A DNA stretch of 32,000 nt, from assembly GCF_001644705.1 (NCBI RefSeq), contig NZ_CP015137.1, forward strand, positions 3,390,001-3,422,000, in the 5' to 3' direction. The position numbers and the translations under genes are program-made. Source of the stretch: Dickeya solani IPO 2222. Lineage in GTDB: Bacteria; Pseudomonadota; Gammaproteobacteria; Enterobacterales; Enterobacteriaceae. Positions 21,199-29,434 of this stretch are shown in pieces. Each line of letters starts with the position of its first letter. The stretch's first letter is position 1. The notes beneath the pieces are model-generated. The model ran no database searches and had not been told where the DNA came from. It saw nothing but the letters and a program-made list of their open reading frames with translations.

Positions 21199-22572
21199 AT
21201 GCACAAAGGTGTGGCGTTTTCGTTGCTGGCGTCCTGCGCACTGGCAAGTGTGGCGGCTCAGGCGGCTGAAACGGTGGCGTTTCCGGACCGGGTCTGTAAC
21301 GTAACGCAGTATGGCGCGGAAGGGCATCGTTTGCAGATTGCGTTGAATACGGAGTCCTTTCAGAAAGCGATTGATGAATGCGCCGCCGCCGGTGGCGGCA
21401 CCGTGCTGGTGCCGGCAGGCAACTATCTGGTGGAACCGCTGTTCCTGAAAAGCAATGTTCGCCTGCATCTGGAAAAGAATGCCACGCTGGTGGCATCAAC
21501 CGGAGAAAACGCTTACCGCGCCAACGACAGCACCCGTTACGCCGAGGCGGAAAATGGCTGGCTGCCGTTTATCAGCATTGCCGATGCGCAGAATGTCGCG
21601 ATTACCGGCGAAGGCACCATTGATGGACAAGGCGCGGTGTGGTGGGAGCGCTGGCGTGCGGCGATTCGCGCCACCGGCAAGAAAGGCGGTACCGATCGCC
21701 CGCGGCTGATTTACGTCACCCGTTCCAATCGGGTGCTGATTGACGGCGTGACCCTGACCAACTCTCCCAGCTTCCATGTGGTGATGCGCTATGCCCATGA
21801 TGTCACGGTGAACGGCACCAATATTACTGCACCCTGGCACGCGCCCAACACGGACGCCATCGACCCGATTGATAGCCAAAATATCCGTATTACCAACAAC
21901 GTCATCGACTGCAACGATGACCATATCGCCATCAAGGCGGAAAAACCGGACAGCCGCTTTCCGAACGGTGTGGTAGACAATATTTATATCGCCAACAACG
22001 TGTTAAAGCAGGGGCGCGGCATTTCTATCGGCAGCGAAACCTCCGGCGGCGTCAACAATGTGCTGGTGGAAAATAACCGCTTTGAAGGGTCGATGTACGG
22101 CATTCGCATCAAGTCGCTGCGCGGCAAGGGCGGTGAGGTGAAGAACGTTACCTATCGTCACACCCGGATGGTGGATGTCGAGGTGCCGCTGGTGTTCTCC
22201 GGTTACTATCAGGCGGCGCCGATCGTACAGGCCGAGGTGGACAAATTGCTGCAGGCGGGCGGGTTCACGCTGGGCGAACAGATTTATCCGCCGGATACCG
22301 AGCCGGCCCAGCCGTTCGACAAGGTGAAAACGCCGCATTTCAGCCAGGTCACTATCGTCGATCTGGAATCAACCGGCCGCAGCAAGGCCGCCGGGTACAT
22401 TATTGGCGTGCCGGAAGCGCCGCTGAGCGGTTTCCATTTTGAACAGGTGCGGATTGACGCCGAAAAAGGGCTGCGGGTGCGCAACGCGGAACTGGCCATC
22501 AAAGGGCTGACCCTCAACGTAACACAAGGGGATGCGCTGCTGCTGGATAAAGGGGCAAACGTCACCCGATAA
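21199..22572 (+). CDS. Glycoside hydrolase family 28 (polygalacturonase homologue), exported
   Basis: I chose ATG 21199, which has GGAG 6 nt upstream; the ORF-track start at 21169 has no SD. GH28 motifs are present: NTD (PNTDAIDP), DD (CNDDHIAIK) and RIK (YGIRIKS). The usual GHG motif reads GRG (QGRGISIGSE). The N-terminus has both an AQA|AE signal-peptidase-I site and an L-A-S-C lipobox. It may be the Dickeya pehN-type enzyme, but I cannot verify that. Confidence 0.88.
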   Translation: MHKGVAFSLLASCALASVAAQAAETVAFPDRVCNVTQYGAEGHRLQIALNTESFQKAIDECAAAGGGTVLVPAGNYLVEPLFLKSNVRLHLEKNATLVASTGENAYRANDSTRYAEAENGWLPFISIADAQNVAITGEGTIDGQGAVWWERWRAAIRATGKKGGTDRPRLIYVTRSNRVLIDGVTLTNSPSFHVVMRYAHDVTVNGTNITAPWHAPNTDAIDPIDSQNIRITNNVIDCNDDHIAIKAEKPDSRFPNGVVDNIYIANNVLKQGRGISIGSETSGGVNNVLVENNRFEGSMYGIRIKSLRGKGGEVKNVTYRHTRMVDVEVPLVFSGYYQAAPIVQAEVDKLLQAGGFTLGEQIYPPDTEPAQPFDKVKTPHFSQVTIVDLESTGRSKAAGYIIGVPEAPLSGFHFEQVRIDAEKGLRVRNAELAIKGLTLNVTQGDALLLDKGANVTR

Positions 22573-22614
22573 CGTGCCGGAAAGCAATTGCGCTTCTCGC
22601 GGAACGACGATTAT

Positions 22615-22673
22615 GAAGCGGCGGCAGAGGGCAACACTGGCCGTGGAACCCTCTGCCGCCGTCTTCATTTTTA
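22615..22673. terminator. Strong hairpin terminator between convergent GH28 gene and ybaK
   Basis: GAAGCGGCGGCAGAGGG (22615-22631) pairs with CCCTCTGCCGCCGTCTTC (22649-22666). Thirteen contiguous base pairs are extended by four more across a 1-nt bulge. ATTTTTA follows on the plus strand. Confidence 0.8.
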
Positions 22674-22676
22674 CGA

Positions 22677-23156
22677 TCAATCACGCTTGGCGATATCGGC
22701 AAACTGCGCTTTGAGCAGTCGAGCCAGGTCGACGGCGGCCAGTTCAAGGTCCAACCCCCGCTTGCCGCCGGAGATAAAAATAGTGTCGAATTGCTGCGCG
22801 CCGTCGTCGATCACGGTGGGCAGCAGTTTTTTCTGCCCCAGCGGGCTGATGCCGCCCACCAGATAGCCGGTTACGCGCTGGGCGATTTGCGGATCCGCCA
22901 TATCGGCTTTTTTGGCGGCCAGCGCCTTGGCCACTTTTTTCAGATCCAACTGACTGGCGACCGGAGTAACCGCCACCGCCAGCTGTTTGGCATCGCCGTT
23001 GAGCGATACCAGCAGGGTTTTGTAGACCTGCTGTTTATCCAGCCCCAGTTTGCGGGCGGCTTCTTCGCCGAAATTGGTTTCATCGGCGTCGTGATGGTAG
23101 CTGTGAAGCGTAAAAGCGACTTTTTGCTTCTCAAGCAGTTTTACTGCGGGCGTCAT
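22677..23156 (-). CDS. ybaK: Cys-tRNA(Pro)/Cys-tRNA(Cys) deacylase YbaK
   Basis: Starting at ATG 23156 ([10 protein letters not shown]...) gives 159 aa, the same length as E. coli YbaK and collinear with it. The motif [14 protein letters not shown] is conserved. Confidence 0.93.
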   Translation of the reverse strand: MTPAVKLLEKQKVAFTLHSYHHDADETNFGEEAARKLGLDKQQVYKTLLVSLNGDAKQLAVAVTPVASQLDLKKVAKALAAKKADMADPQIAQRVTGYLVGGISPLGQKKLLPTVIDDGAQQFDTIFISGGKRGLDLELAAVDLARLLKAQFADIAKRD

Positions 23157-23173
23157 AATGTACTGTCCTTGCT

Positions 23174-23986
23174 TCAAAAGGTAGCCGTATGGGCCTGTAA
23201 CAAGTCGGGCAGGTTGTTTTCACCGTATAAATGCAGTGCGCCGACAGATACCACATAATTCCCCTGCGGTAGCGCAGCCAGTTGCTGCTGCCAGCGCTGA
23301 TTTCGGTGATTCATCAGCATCTCTGTTATCTCATTGCTGAAGGTAGGCGGCACGTTATCCGCCCGGGTCGGTTTGTGGCTGATCCACCAACTGACCATGG
23401 TCTGCAACAGGCGTGCGTTGGTATGCCAGTGGGTCAGGGTATCTTCCAGCAATGGCAGGCCGCCCTGCGGCAGTTGCAGCAGCAGGTCGATCTGCGCCTG
23501 CTGACCTTCCAGTTCGATAATGTTCACCCCTTTGTCCCGGGCGGCGTTAATCAACTGGTAATCAATGCCGTAATCCGGACGCAGACCCAGCATCATGGCC
23601 TGACGCGCCTGTAACATCAGCGCCGCCTGCCAGGCAGGCACGCGATCGAGGCTGTCGTAGTTGAACGATAATTCACGGCATAATCGTTGCAAGCGCTGCA
23701 GCGTGGCGCCGTCCAGACGCTCCGCCAGCGGTGGTTCCGTGCCCACCGGGTCAAACGGCGAGTCGCCGCCGGAAATGTCGGCCTCCACGATCAGCGCCGT
23801 CGCCTGCTCCAGCCGCGTCAGCAATTCAGACGGCAGAGGAAACATACCCACCGTACCCATGTGAATACTGCCCACCAAATGGAACTGGCGTTGGTTGCCG
23901 ATCTCGACGTCCAACGCCGGATAACGGTAACTCGCAGGCGAGAGAAAGCCGAGGAACGTTGCAATCTGGCGTATCAGCCGTTTCAT
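23174..23986 (-). CDS. ybaP: TraB/GumN-family protein YbaP
   Basis: 270 aa. [33 protein letters not shown] and [13 protein letters not shown] line up with E. coli YbaP. Confidence 0.88.
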   Translation of the reverse strand: MKRLIRQIATFLGFLSPASYRYPALDVEIGNQRQFHLVGSIHMGTVGMFPLPSELLTRLEQATALIVEADISGGDSPFDPVGTEPPLAERLDGATLQRLQRLCRELSFNYDSLDRVPAWQAALMLQARQAMMLGLRPDYGIDYQLINAARDKGVNIIELEGQQAQIDLLLQLPQGGLPLLEDTLTHWHTNARLLQTMVSWWISHKPTRADNVPPTFSNEITEMLMNHRNQRWQQQLAALPQGNYVVSVGALHLYGENNLPDLLQAHTATF

Positions 23987-24209
23987 ATCGACATCTCCGG
24001 TAGTGGCGACTCAGAACGTTATCCTGCAATCAGGCGTAGTGCTGTTGCAGGGCGTGCGCTTTCGCGTCGTCAGGTCTCTATGCTAAACGGTTCAGCCAGC
24101 AAGTTGTATCGCTAATTCGGTATGCGTCCGCTGAGCGCAACGGGACGGATGCGGAGGAAAGCGGCGCGATGTTCAGGAGGGAACACCGCGCCGTGGTCGG
24201 AAGCCGGGC

Positions 24210-27044
24210 TCAGTCGCGTCTGGCTGGCGCGTCGGCAGGGGTGAAACGCAGCAGCCGGTTGGCGTTGCTCACCACGGTAATGGATGAGAGCGCCATGGCC
24301 GCGCCCGCTACCACCGGGCTGAGCAGGGTTCCGGTCAGCGGGTAGAGCACGCCGGCGGCGATCGGAATACCGAGCGTGTTGTAGACAAAGGCCCCCAACA
24401 GGTTCTGCTTCATGTTGCTCAGCGTGGCGCGGGAAAGCGCCAGCGCATCGGCGACGCCGTGCAGACTGTGGCGCATCAGCGTCATGGCGGCGGTTTCCAC
24501 CGCGATATCGCTGCCGCCGCCCATCGCGATCCCCACGTCGGCCTGCGCCAGCGCCGGTGCGTCGTTGATGCCGTCGCCAATCATGGCGACCCGTTTTCCC
24601 AGCGATTGCAGATGGCGAATGGCATCCGCTTTGCCGTCCGGCAGTACCCCGGCGATGACCTGATCGATGCCGGCTTCACGGGCGATGGCCTGGGCTGTCG
24701 CCGGATTATCGCCGGTCAGCATCACCAACTGGTAGCCCTGACTATGCAGCCGTTGCAATGCGCTGATGCTGTCCTGACGCAGGGTATCCTGCACTGAAAA
24801 CAGCGCCGCCACCTGACCGTTCGCCACTAATAGCACCGGTGTTATGCCGAGCGCCGACTGTTTCTCCAGCCAGTCGCGCGGCGAGTCTTCGCCGCCAGCC
24901 AGTGGGATCTGGCGCTGCGCCAGCAGTGCCGGATTGCCGAGCAGCAACGACGCGCCGTCAACCTCGCCGCTGACGCCCAGACCGGGCAGGGTGCGGAATT
25001 GCGTGACGTCGCCCAGTTCTACACCATCAGCCCGGTGAACAATCGCCAGCGCCAGCGGATGACTGGCCCCTTGTTCCAGCGACGCGGCCCAGCGCAGCGC
25101 CTGCGATTCGCTGATACCACCAAAGGTATGGATCGCCACCACGCGCGGTTTGCCTTCCGTCAGCGTTCCGGTTTTATCGAACACCAGCACGTCAAGCTGG
25201 CTGGCCTGCTGCAGCGCGTCGGCGTCCCGAACCAGTACGCCCAGTTCTGCGGCCCGCCCGACGCCGGAGATAATCGACATTGGCGTCGCCAGCCCCAGTG
25301 CGCAGGGGCAGGCGATGATCAGTACCGTGGTGACAATCACCAGCGTGTACACGATATGGGGCGCCGGGCCGGCAACGTACCAGATAGCGCCGCTCAGCAG
25401 CGCTATCGCCACTACGACCGGGACGAAGACGGCGGAAATCCGGTCGGCCAGTTGGCCTATTGCCGGTTTGCTGCTCTGCGCCTGACGTACCAGATGAATG
25501 ATGCGCGCCAGCGTGGTCTGATTACCGATGGCGCCTGCACACAACGTGGCGCTGCCGTCCTGCACCTGGGTTCCGGCGTGCACCTTGTCGCCGGCCGCTT
25601 TCTGTTGCGGGATTGGCTCGCCGGTGAGCATGGCTTCGTCAATCCACAGCTCCCCTTGTTCAAGCTGGCCGTCCACCGGAATACGGTCGCCGGTGGTCAG
25701 ACGCAGCGTCATACCGGTTTGTACCTCTGCCAGCGGGATGACGCGGTCGCCTTGCGGTGTTACCAGCCGAGCGGTCGGCGGCGTCAAATCCAGCAGGCGT
25801 TCCAGCGCCTGAGAGGAGCGCTGACGGGCGCGTTGCTCCAGGGCGTGACCGAGATTGATCAGGCCGATAATCATGGCGCTGGCTTCGTAATAAAGATGAC
25901 GCGCTTCCATCGGGAACCAGGCCGGCCACAGGTTGACGGTAATGGAATAAAGCCAGGCGGCGCCGGTGCCGAGCGCCACCAGCGTATCCATGGTCGCGCT
26001 GCCGTTCATTAGGCTACGCCAGGCATTGCGATAGAAATGCCCACCAGCGGCGATCATGACCGCCAGCGTCAGTCCGCCGACCAATAACCATCCGGAACGG
26101 TTGTCGTCGGTGAGCATCATGTTATCGCCGATCATGCCCCAGACCATCAGCGGGATACCGAGCGCCAGCCCCAGTGCGGCCTGCCAGCGAAAACGCCGGA
26201 TGGCCTGACGAGACGTTTGCTCCTGCCGGGCGCGCCGCTCGGTTTCATCAAGAATGATTTCCGCGCCGTAGCCCGCGTGTTGTACGGCATCGATCAGCGC
26301 CTGATGCGGCGTGTTGCCGCTGACCAGCGCGCTGCGCTCGGCCAGATTGACGCGCGCCTGCGTAACGCCGGGGACGCTTTGCAGCGCCTGTTGTACCCGA
26401 CTGACGCAGCTGGCGCAGCTCATGCCGCTTAGCAACAGCTGGACGCTATCGTTATCATGAGCGTTGTCGGTGTCATGAACCTTGCTGTTATCATCAATGC
26501 CGCTGTTATCGTGAATACTGTTGTCATCATGGGCGACGTTGTCATCACGAACGGTGTTTGCCGGAACCGGGTTGAAAGCCGCTGACAGCCTGTCCGGCGA
26601 GGAGGCGTGGAGTGTCAGCGGCTCAGATTTTGGGAGGGCGTTCTCCTGTGCCAGCGTGGCATGAAAACCGGCTTGTTCGATCGCCCGCACCAGCGCCTGC
26701 GGTTCGGCATCGCCATAGACTGCCGCCTGTTGTAGGGTAACGTCCGTCGCCGCTACGCCCGGTACCGCTTCCAGCGCTTTGCGGGTCGATGCGACGCAAT
26801 GCTGGCAGTTGAGGCCGGATAGCTGCAAGGTGACATTCGGCACGGCAGCCGGGCTGGCTTCGTAGCCGGCGGCTTCAATTGTCGCTACCAGCGACTGGCT
26901 ATCGGCTTCGCCGGTGACGTTGGCGTATTTCAGCGATACATCAGCCTGTTCCACGTCCGGGCGGGATTCCAGGGCTTTTTTTACCCTTCCGACACAGTGT
27001 TCGCAGGATAATCCCTGCAATGAAAGCAGTATGGTTTGCGACAT
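24210..27044 (-). CDS. copA: Cu(I)-translocating P1B-type ATPase CopA with three N-terminal HMA domains
   Basis: 944 aa with CPC (IACPCALG), [13 protein letters not shown] and TGDN motifs, collinear with E. coli CopA. There are three CxxC HMA domains: SCEHC (aa 13-17), NCQHC (aa 79-83) and SCASC (aa 209-213). I remember only two in E. coli CopA (834 aa). Confidence 0.96.
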   Translation of the reverse strand: MSQTILLSLQGLSCEHCVGRVKKALESRPDVEQADVSLKYANVTGEADSQSLVATIEAAGYEASPAAVPNVTLQLSGLNCQHCVASTRKALEAVPGVAATDVTLQQAAVYGDAEPQALVRAIEQAGFHATLAQENALPKSEPLTLHASSPDRLSAAFNPVPANTVRDDNVAHDDNSIHDNSGIDDNSKVHDTDNAHDNDSVQLLLSGMSCASCVSRVQQALQSVPGVTQARVNLAERSALVSGNTPHQALIDAVQHAGYGAEIILDETERRARQEQTSRQAIRRFRWQAALGLALGIPLMVWGMIGDNMMLTDDNRSGWLLVGGLTLAVMIAAGGHFYRNAWRSLMNGSATMDTLVALGTGAAWLYSITVNLWPAWFPMEARHLYYEASAMIIGLINLGHALEQRARQRSSQALERLLDLTPPTARLVTPQGDRVIPLAEVQTGMTLRLTTGDRIPVDGQLEQGELWIDEAMLTGEPIPQQKAAGDKVHAGTQVQDGSATLCAGAIGNQTTLARIIHLVRQAQSSKPAIGQLADRISAVFVPVVVAIALLSGAIWYVAGPAPHIVYTLVIVTTVLIIACPCALGLATPMSIISGVGRAAELGVLVRDADALQQASQLDVLVFDKTGTLTEGKPRVVAIHTFGGISESQALRWAASLEQGASHPLALAIVHRADGVELGDVTQFRTLPGLGVSGEVDGASLLLGNPALLAQRQIPLAGGEDSPRDWLEKQSALGITPVLLVANGQVAALFSVQDTLRQDSISALQRLHSQGYQLVMLTGDNPATAQAIAREAGIDQVIAGVLPDGKADAIRHLQSLGKRVAMIGDGINDAPALAQADVGIAMGGGSDIAVETAAMTLMRHSLHGVADALALSRATLSNMKQNLLGAFVYNTLGIPIAAGVLYPLTGTLLSPVVAGAAMALSSITVVSNANRLLRFTPADAPARRD
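26445..26546 (-). repeat. Degenerate coding repeat: D/N/H-rich linker (aa 167-200) of CopA
   Basis: The peptide is [34 protein letters not shown], roughly a hexapeptide period. The DNA shows reiterated GTTGTCATC/GTTATCATC-type units. Confidence 0.8.
26577..26647 (-). other. copA: Candidate programmed -1 frameshift cassette in copA
   Basis: AGGAG lies at 26647->26643, followed by an 8-nt spacer. The in-frame heptamer C CCA AAA runs 26634->26628 (L137-P138-K139). The -1 frame then reads ATC TGA, with the stop at 26625-26623. An 11-bp perfect stem (26623-26613 with 26587-26577, 25-nt loop) starts 4 nt after the heptamer. Confidence 0.5.
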
Positions 27045-27127
27045 AATAATATTCCTCAGTGATCACAGCCGAACGTCAAAGACATTGACCGCAAGCGTGA
27101 TTTTGATTAGTTCTAAGCACTACCTGA

Positions 27128-27158
27128 AGCGTAAACCTTCCAGCAAGGGAAGGGTCAA
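27128..27158 (-). promoter_or_regulatory. copA promoter with CueR (MerR-type) operator, 19-bp spacer
   Basis: The minus strand reads TTGACC(-35, 27158->27153)-CTTCCCTTGCTGGAAGGTT-TACGCT(-10, 27133->27128). It contains the dyad CCTTCC-N6-GGAAGG. It is nearly identical to the E. coli PcopA sequence TTGACCTTCCCCTTGCTGGAAGGTTTAACCT as I recall it. Confidence 0.8.
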
Positions 27159-27167
27159 GGGGGAATC

Positions 27168-27590
27168 ATGAATATCAGCGATGTGGCGAAAAAAACCGGG
27201 CTGACCAGCAAGACCATCCGTTTCTATGAAGAGAAGGGGCTGATGACGGCGCCACTGCGATGTGAAAATGGTTACCGTAGTTATGATCTCCACCATATTG
27301 AGGAACTGACCTTGTTGCGTCAGGCGCGTCAGGTGGGGTTCACGCTGGAGGAATGCCGCGAACTGGTGACGTTGTTCAATGACCCGCTGCGGCACAGCGC
27401 CGACGTTAAGGCGCGCACATTGCAGAAAGTGGATGATATTGAACAGCAGATCGAAGAACTCAAAGCGATGCGTCAGCGTCTGCTTACGCTGGCGGAGTCC
27501 TGCCCCGGCGACAGCGGCGCCGAATGCCCGATCATTACTCAATTGGCGGGCTGTTGCCACGCATCGTCAGGAGAGCATGGCAAGCATTAG
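27168..27590 (+). CDS. cueR: Cu(I)-responsive MerR-family regulator CueR
   Basis: [25 protein letters not shown]..., with the metal-binding loop [10 protein letters not shown]. Collinear with E. coli CueR. Confidence 0.95.
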   Translation: MNISDVAKKTGLTSKTIRFYEEKGLMTAPLRCENGYRSYDLHHIEELTLLRQARQVGFTLEECRELVTLFNDPLRHSADVKARTLQKVDDIEQQIEELKAMRQRLLTLAESCPGDSGAECPIITQLAGCCHASSGEHGKH

Positions 27591-27668
27591 CGGTCATTTG
27601 CGGTCATGTCATCAGTAACGGCAACGTTACTGCATCAACGCAATCCGCTCTCTCCGGCTTATCAGATA

Positions 27669-28118
27669 TCAGCTACGCGGCCGCACTCGCAGCGTAATGC
27701 CTTCCACGGCGATAATCTCCACCACCGTACCGGCGGGCAAATCCTGTTCCGCCTGTACCCGCCAACTGCTGTCGCCGATGCTTACCCGGCCGAAGCCGTT
27801 AACCAGCGGTTCGGTCAGCGTGGTATGCAGACCAATCAGTTGTTGCCCACGTTGGTTGAGCACCGGGGGCGGTTGCTTTTCGATGCGCCGACGCAGCCAC
27901 TGCCACCACAACAGCGCCGCCGCCACCGTCAGCACGGCGAAGGCGATGCATTGCCATGCCCAGTCCAACGGCAACAGCCAGGTGAGGAGCCCGGTGAGCA
28001 GCGCGGCGACGCCACTCCACAACAGATAACCGCCGGCGCCCAGCATTTCCGCCGCCAGCAGCAACCCGCCGAGCGATAGCCAGAACCAGTGGGCGTTTTC
28101 CAGCACCAGCGCGATCAT
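27669..28118 (-). CDS. ybbJ: NfeD-family membrane protein YbbJ
   Basis: 149 aa with TM helices and a C-terminal OB-fold segment (NQRGQQLIG...[16 protein letters not shown]). Collinear with E. coli YbbJ. It starts 2 nt after the qmcA stop. Confidence 0.9.
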   Translation of the reverse strand: MIALVLENAHWFWLSLGGLLLAAEMLGAGGYLLWSGVAALLTGLLTWLLPLDWAWQCIAFAVLTVAAALLWWQWLRRRIEKQPPPVLNQRGQQLIGLHTTLTEPLVNGFGRVSIGDSSWRVQAEQDLPAGTVVEIIAVEGITLRVRPRS

Positions 28119-28120
28119 GA

Positions 28121-29035
28121 TTACTTTCTCCGGTCCGCCTGACTCTCTTTAATCAGCTCGCTGATGCCGCCGATGGTGCCCATCAGGTTGCTGGCGTCCA
28201 GCGGCATCATGATGACTTTACTGTTGCTGGAGGCGCCGATGGTCTGCAACGCGTCGGTATATTTTTGCGCCACAAAGTAGTTGATGGCCTGAATGTTGCC
28301 GGCGGCAATCGCTTCGGACACCATCTGGGTGGCGCGGGCTTCGGCCTCGGCGGCGCGCTCGCGGGCTTCCGCTTCAAGGAATGCGGATTGCCGTTCCCCT
28401 TCGGCTTTAAGAATTTGCGACTGCTTTTCCCCTTCGGCTTTCAGGATAGCGGCCTGTCTGACCCCTTCCGCTTCCAGAATATCGGCACGTTTGGTACGTT
28501 CCGCCTTCATCTGCGCGTTCATTGAGGCGATCAGTTCGGCGGGCGGACGCACGTCGCGGATTTCAATACGGGTGACTTTGATGCCCCACGGGTTGGTGGC
28601 TTCATCCACGATATGCAATAGCCGGGTGTTGATGCTGTCACGTTGGGACAACATCTCATCCAGCTCCATCGAACCGAGCACTGTACGGATGTTGGTCATG
28701 GTCAGGTTGATGATGGCCAGTTCCAGATTGCTGACTTCATAGGCGGCGCGTGGGGCGTCCACTACCTGGATAAAGCAGACGGCGTCGATGGTGACGTTGG
28801 CGTTATCCTTGGAGATGATTTCCTGTGAGGGAATTTCCAGCACTTGCTCCATCATATTGATCTTGCGGCCAATGCGGTCCATGAACGGCACTATCAGGTT
28901 CAGGCCGGGCATCAGGGTGCGGGTGTAGCGGCCAAAACGTTCTACTGTCCACTGGTAGCCCTGCGGCACGATTTTGATGCCGGACCAGACAACCACCAGC
29001 GCAACGACAATCAGAACCGGGATAAATGTCAGCAT
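28121..29035 (-). CDS. qmcA: SPFH/stomatin-family protein QmcA (YbbK)
   Basis: 304 aa, very similar by eye to E. coli QmcA ([17 protein letters not shown]...[12 protein letters not shown]...). Confidence 0.95.
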   Translation of the reverse strand: MLTFIPVLIVVALVVVWSGIKIVPQGYQWTVERFGRYTRTLMPGLNLIVPFMDRIGRKINMMEQVLEIPSQEIISKDNANVTIDAVCFIQVVDAPRAAYEVSNLELAIINLTMTNIRTVLGSMELDEMLSQRDSINTRLLHIVDEATNPWGIKVTRIEIRDVRPPAELIASMNAQMKAERTKRADILEAEGVRQAAILKAEGEKQSQILKAEGERQSAFLEAEARERAAEAEARATQMVSEAIAAGNIQAINYFVAQKYTDALQTIGASSNSKVIMMPLDASNLMGTIGGISELIKESQADRRK

Positions 29036-29168
29036 GTGCTTTGCTCTCCATGGTTTTTTCCTGTGGAGAGTGTAACGCAGGATGTAGTGACTGGCGTAGT
29101 AAAGTTGCGGGTGGACAAGGGATTATGCGAACCCGCACGGAAAGCGGGCTGCAATGGCAGGCGGGCGG

Positions 29169-29429
29169 TTACATATCCAGTTCGATATCGTCCAGCGGCA
29201 TACAACAGCAGGGCAGAATTTCGTCCCGTTGCAGACAGGCCAACGGCGTTTCCCGGTAGGCGACCTTGCCTTTGGTCAGCCGTAACCGGCAGGCGCCGCA
29301 ATAGCCGGAACGACACTGATATTCGACCGGCACCTGCTGAGATTCGAGCACTTCCAGCAAGGACGTGTGTTCATCGGAGCAGAACAACTGCGCCCCGGAG
29401 AGGCGCAGCGTCACGGTGGAGGCGGTCAT
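29169..29429 (-). CDS. yfaE: 2Fe-2S ferredoxin YfaE (NrdB diferric-tyrosyl radical maintenance)
   Basis: 86 aa with the cysteine pattern CRSGYCGAC...CC. Collinear with E. coli YfaE and immediately downstream of nrdB. Confidence 0.92.
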   Translation of the reverse strand: MTASTVTLRLSGAQLFCSDEHTSLLEVLESQQVPVEYQCRSGYCGACRLRLTKGKVAYRETPLACLQRDEILPCCCMPLDDIELDM

Positions 29430-29434
29430 CGTGG

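Noticed and set aside
26440-26560. Reiterated GTTGTCATC/GTTATCATC units that superficially resemble a short repeat array.
   Set aside because: They lie inside the copA reading frame and translate to the D/N/H-rich linker. There are no spacers or repeat-spacer regularity, so this is not a CRISPR or non-coding array.
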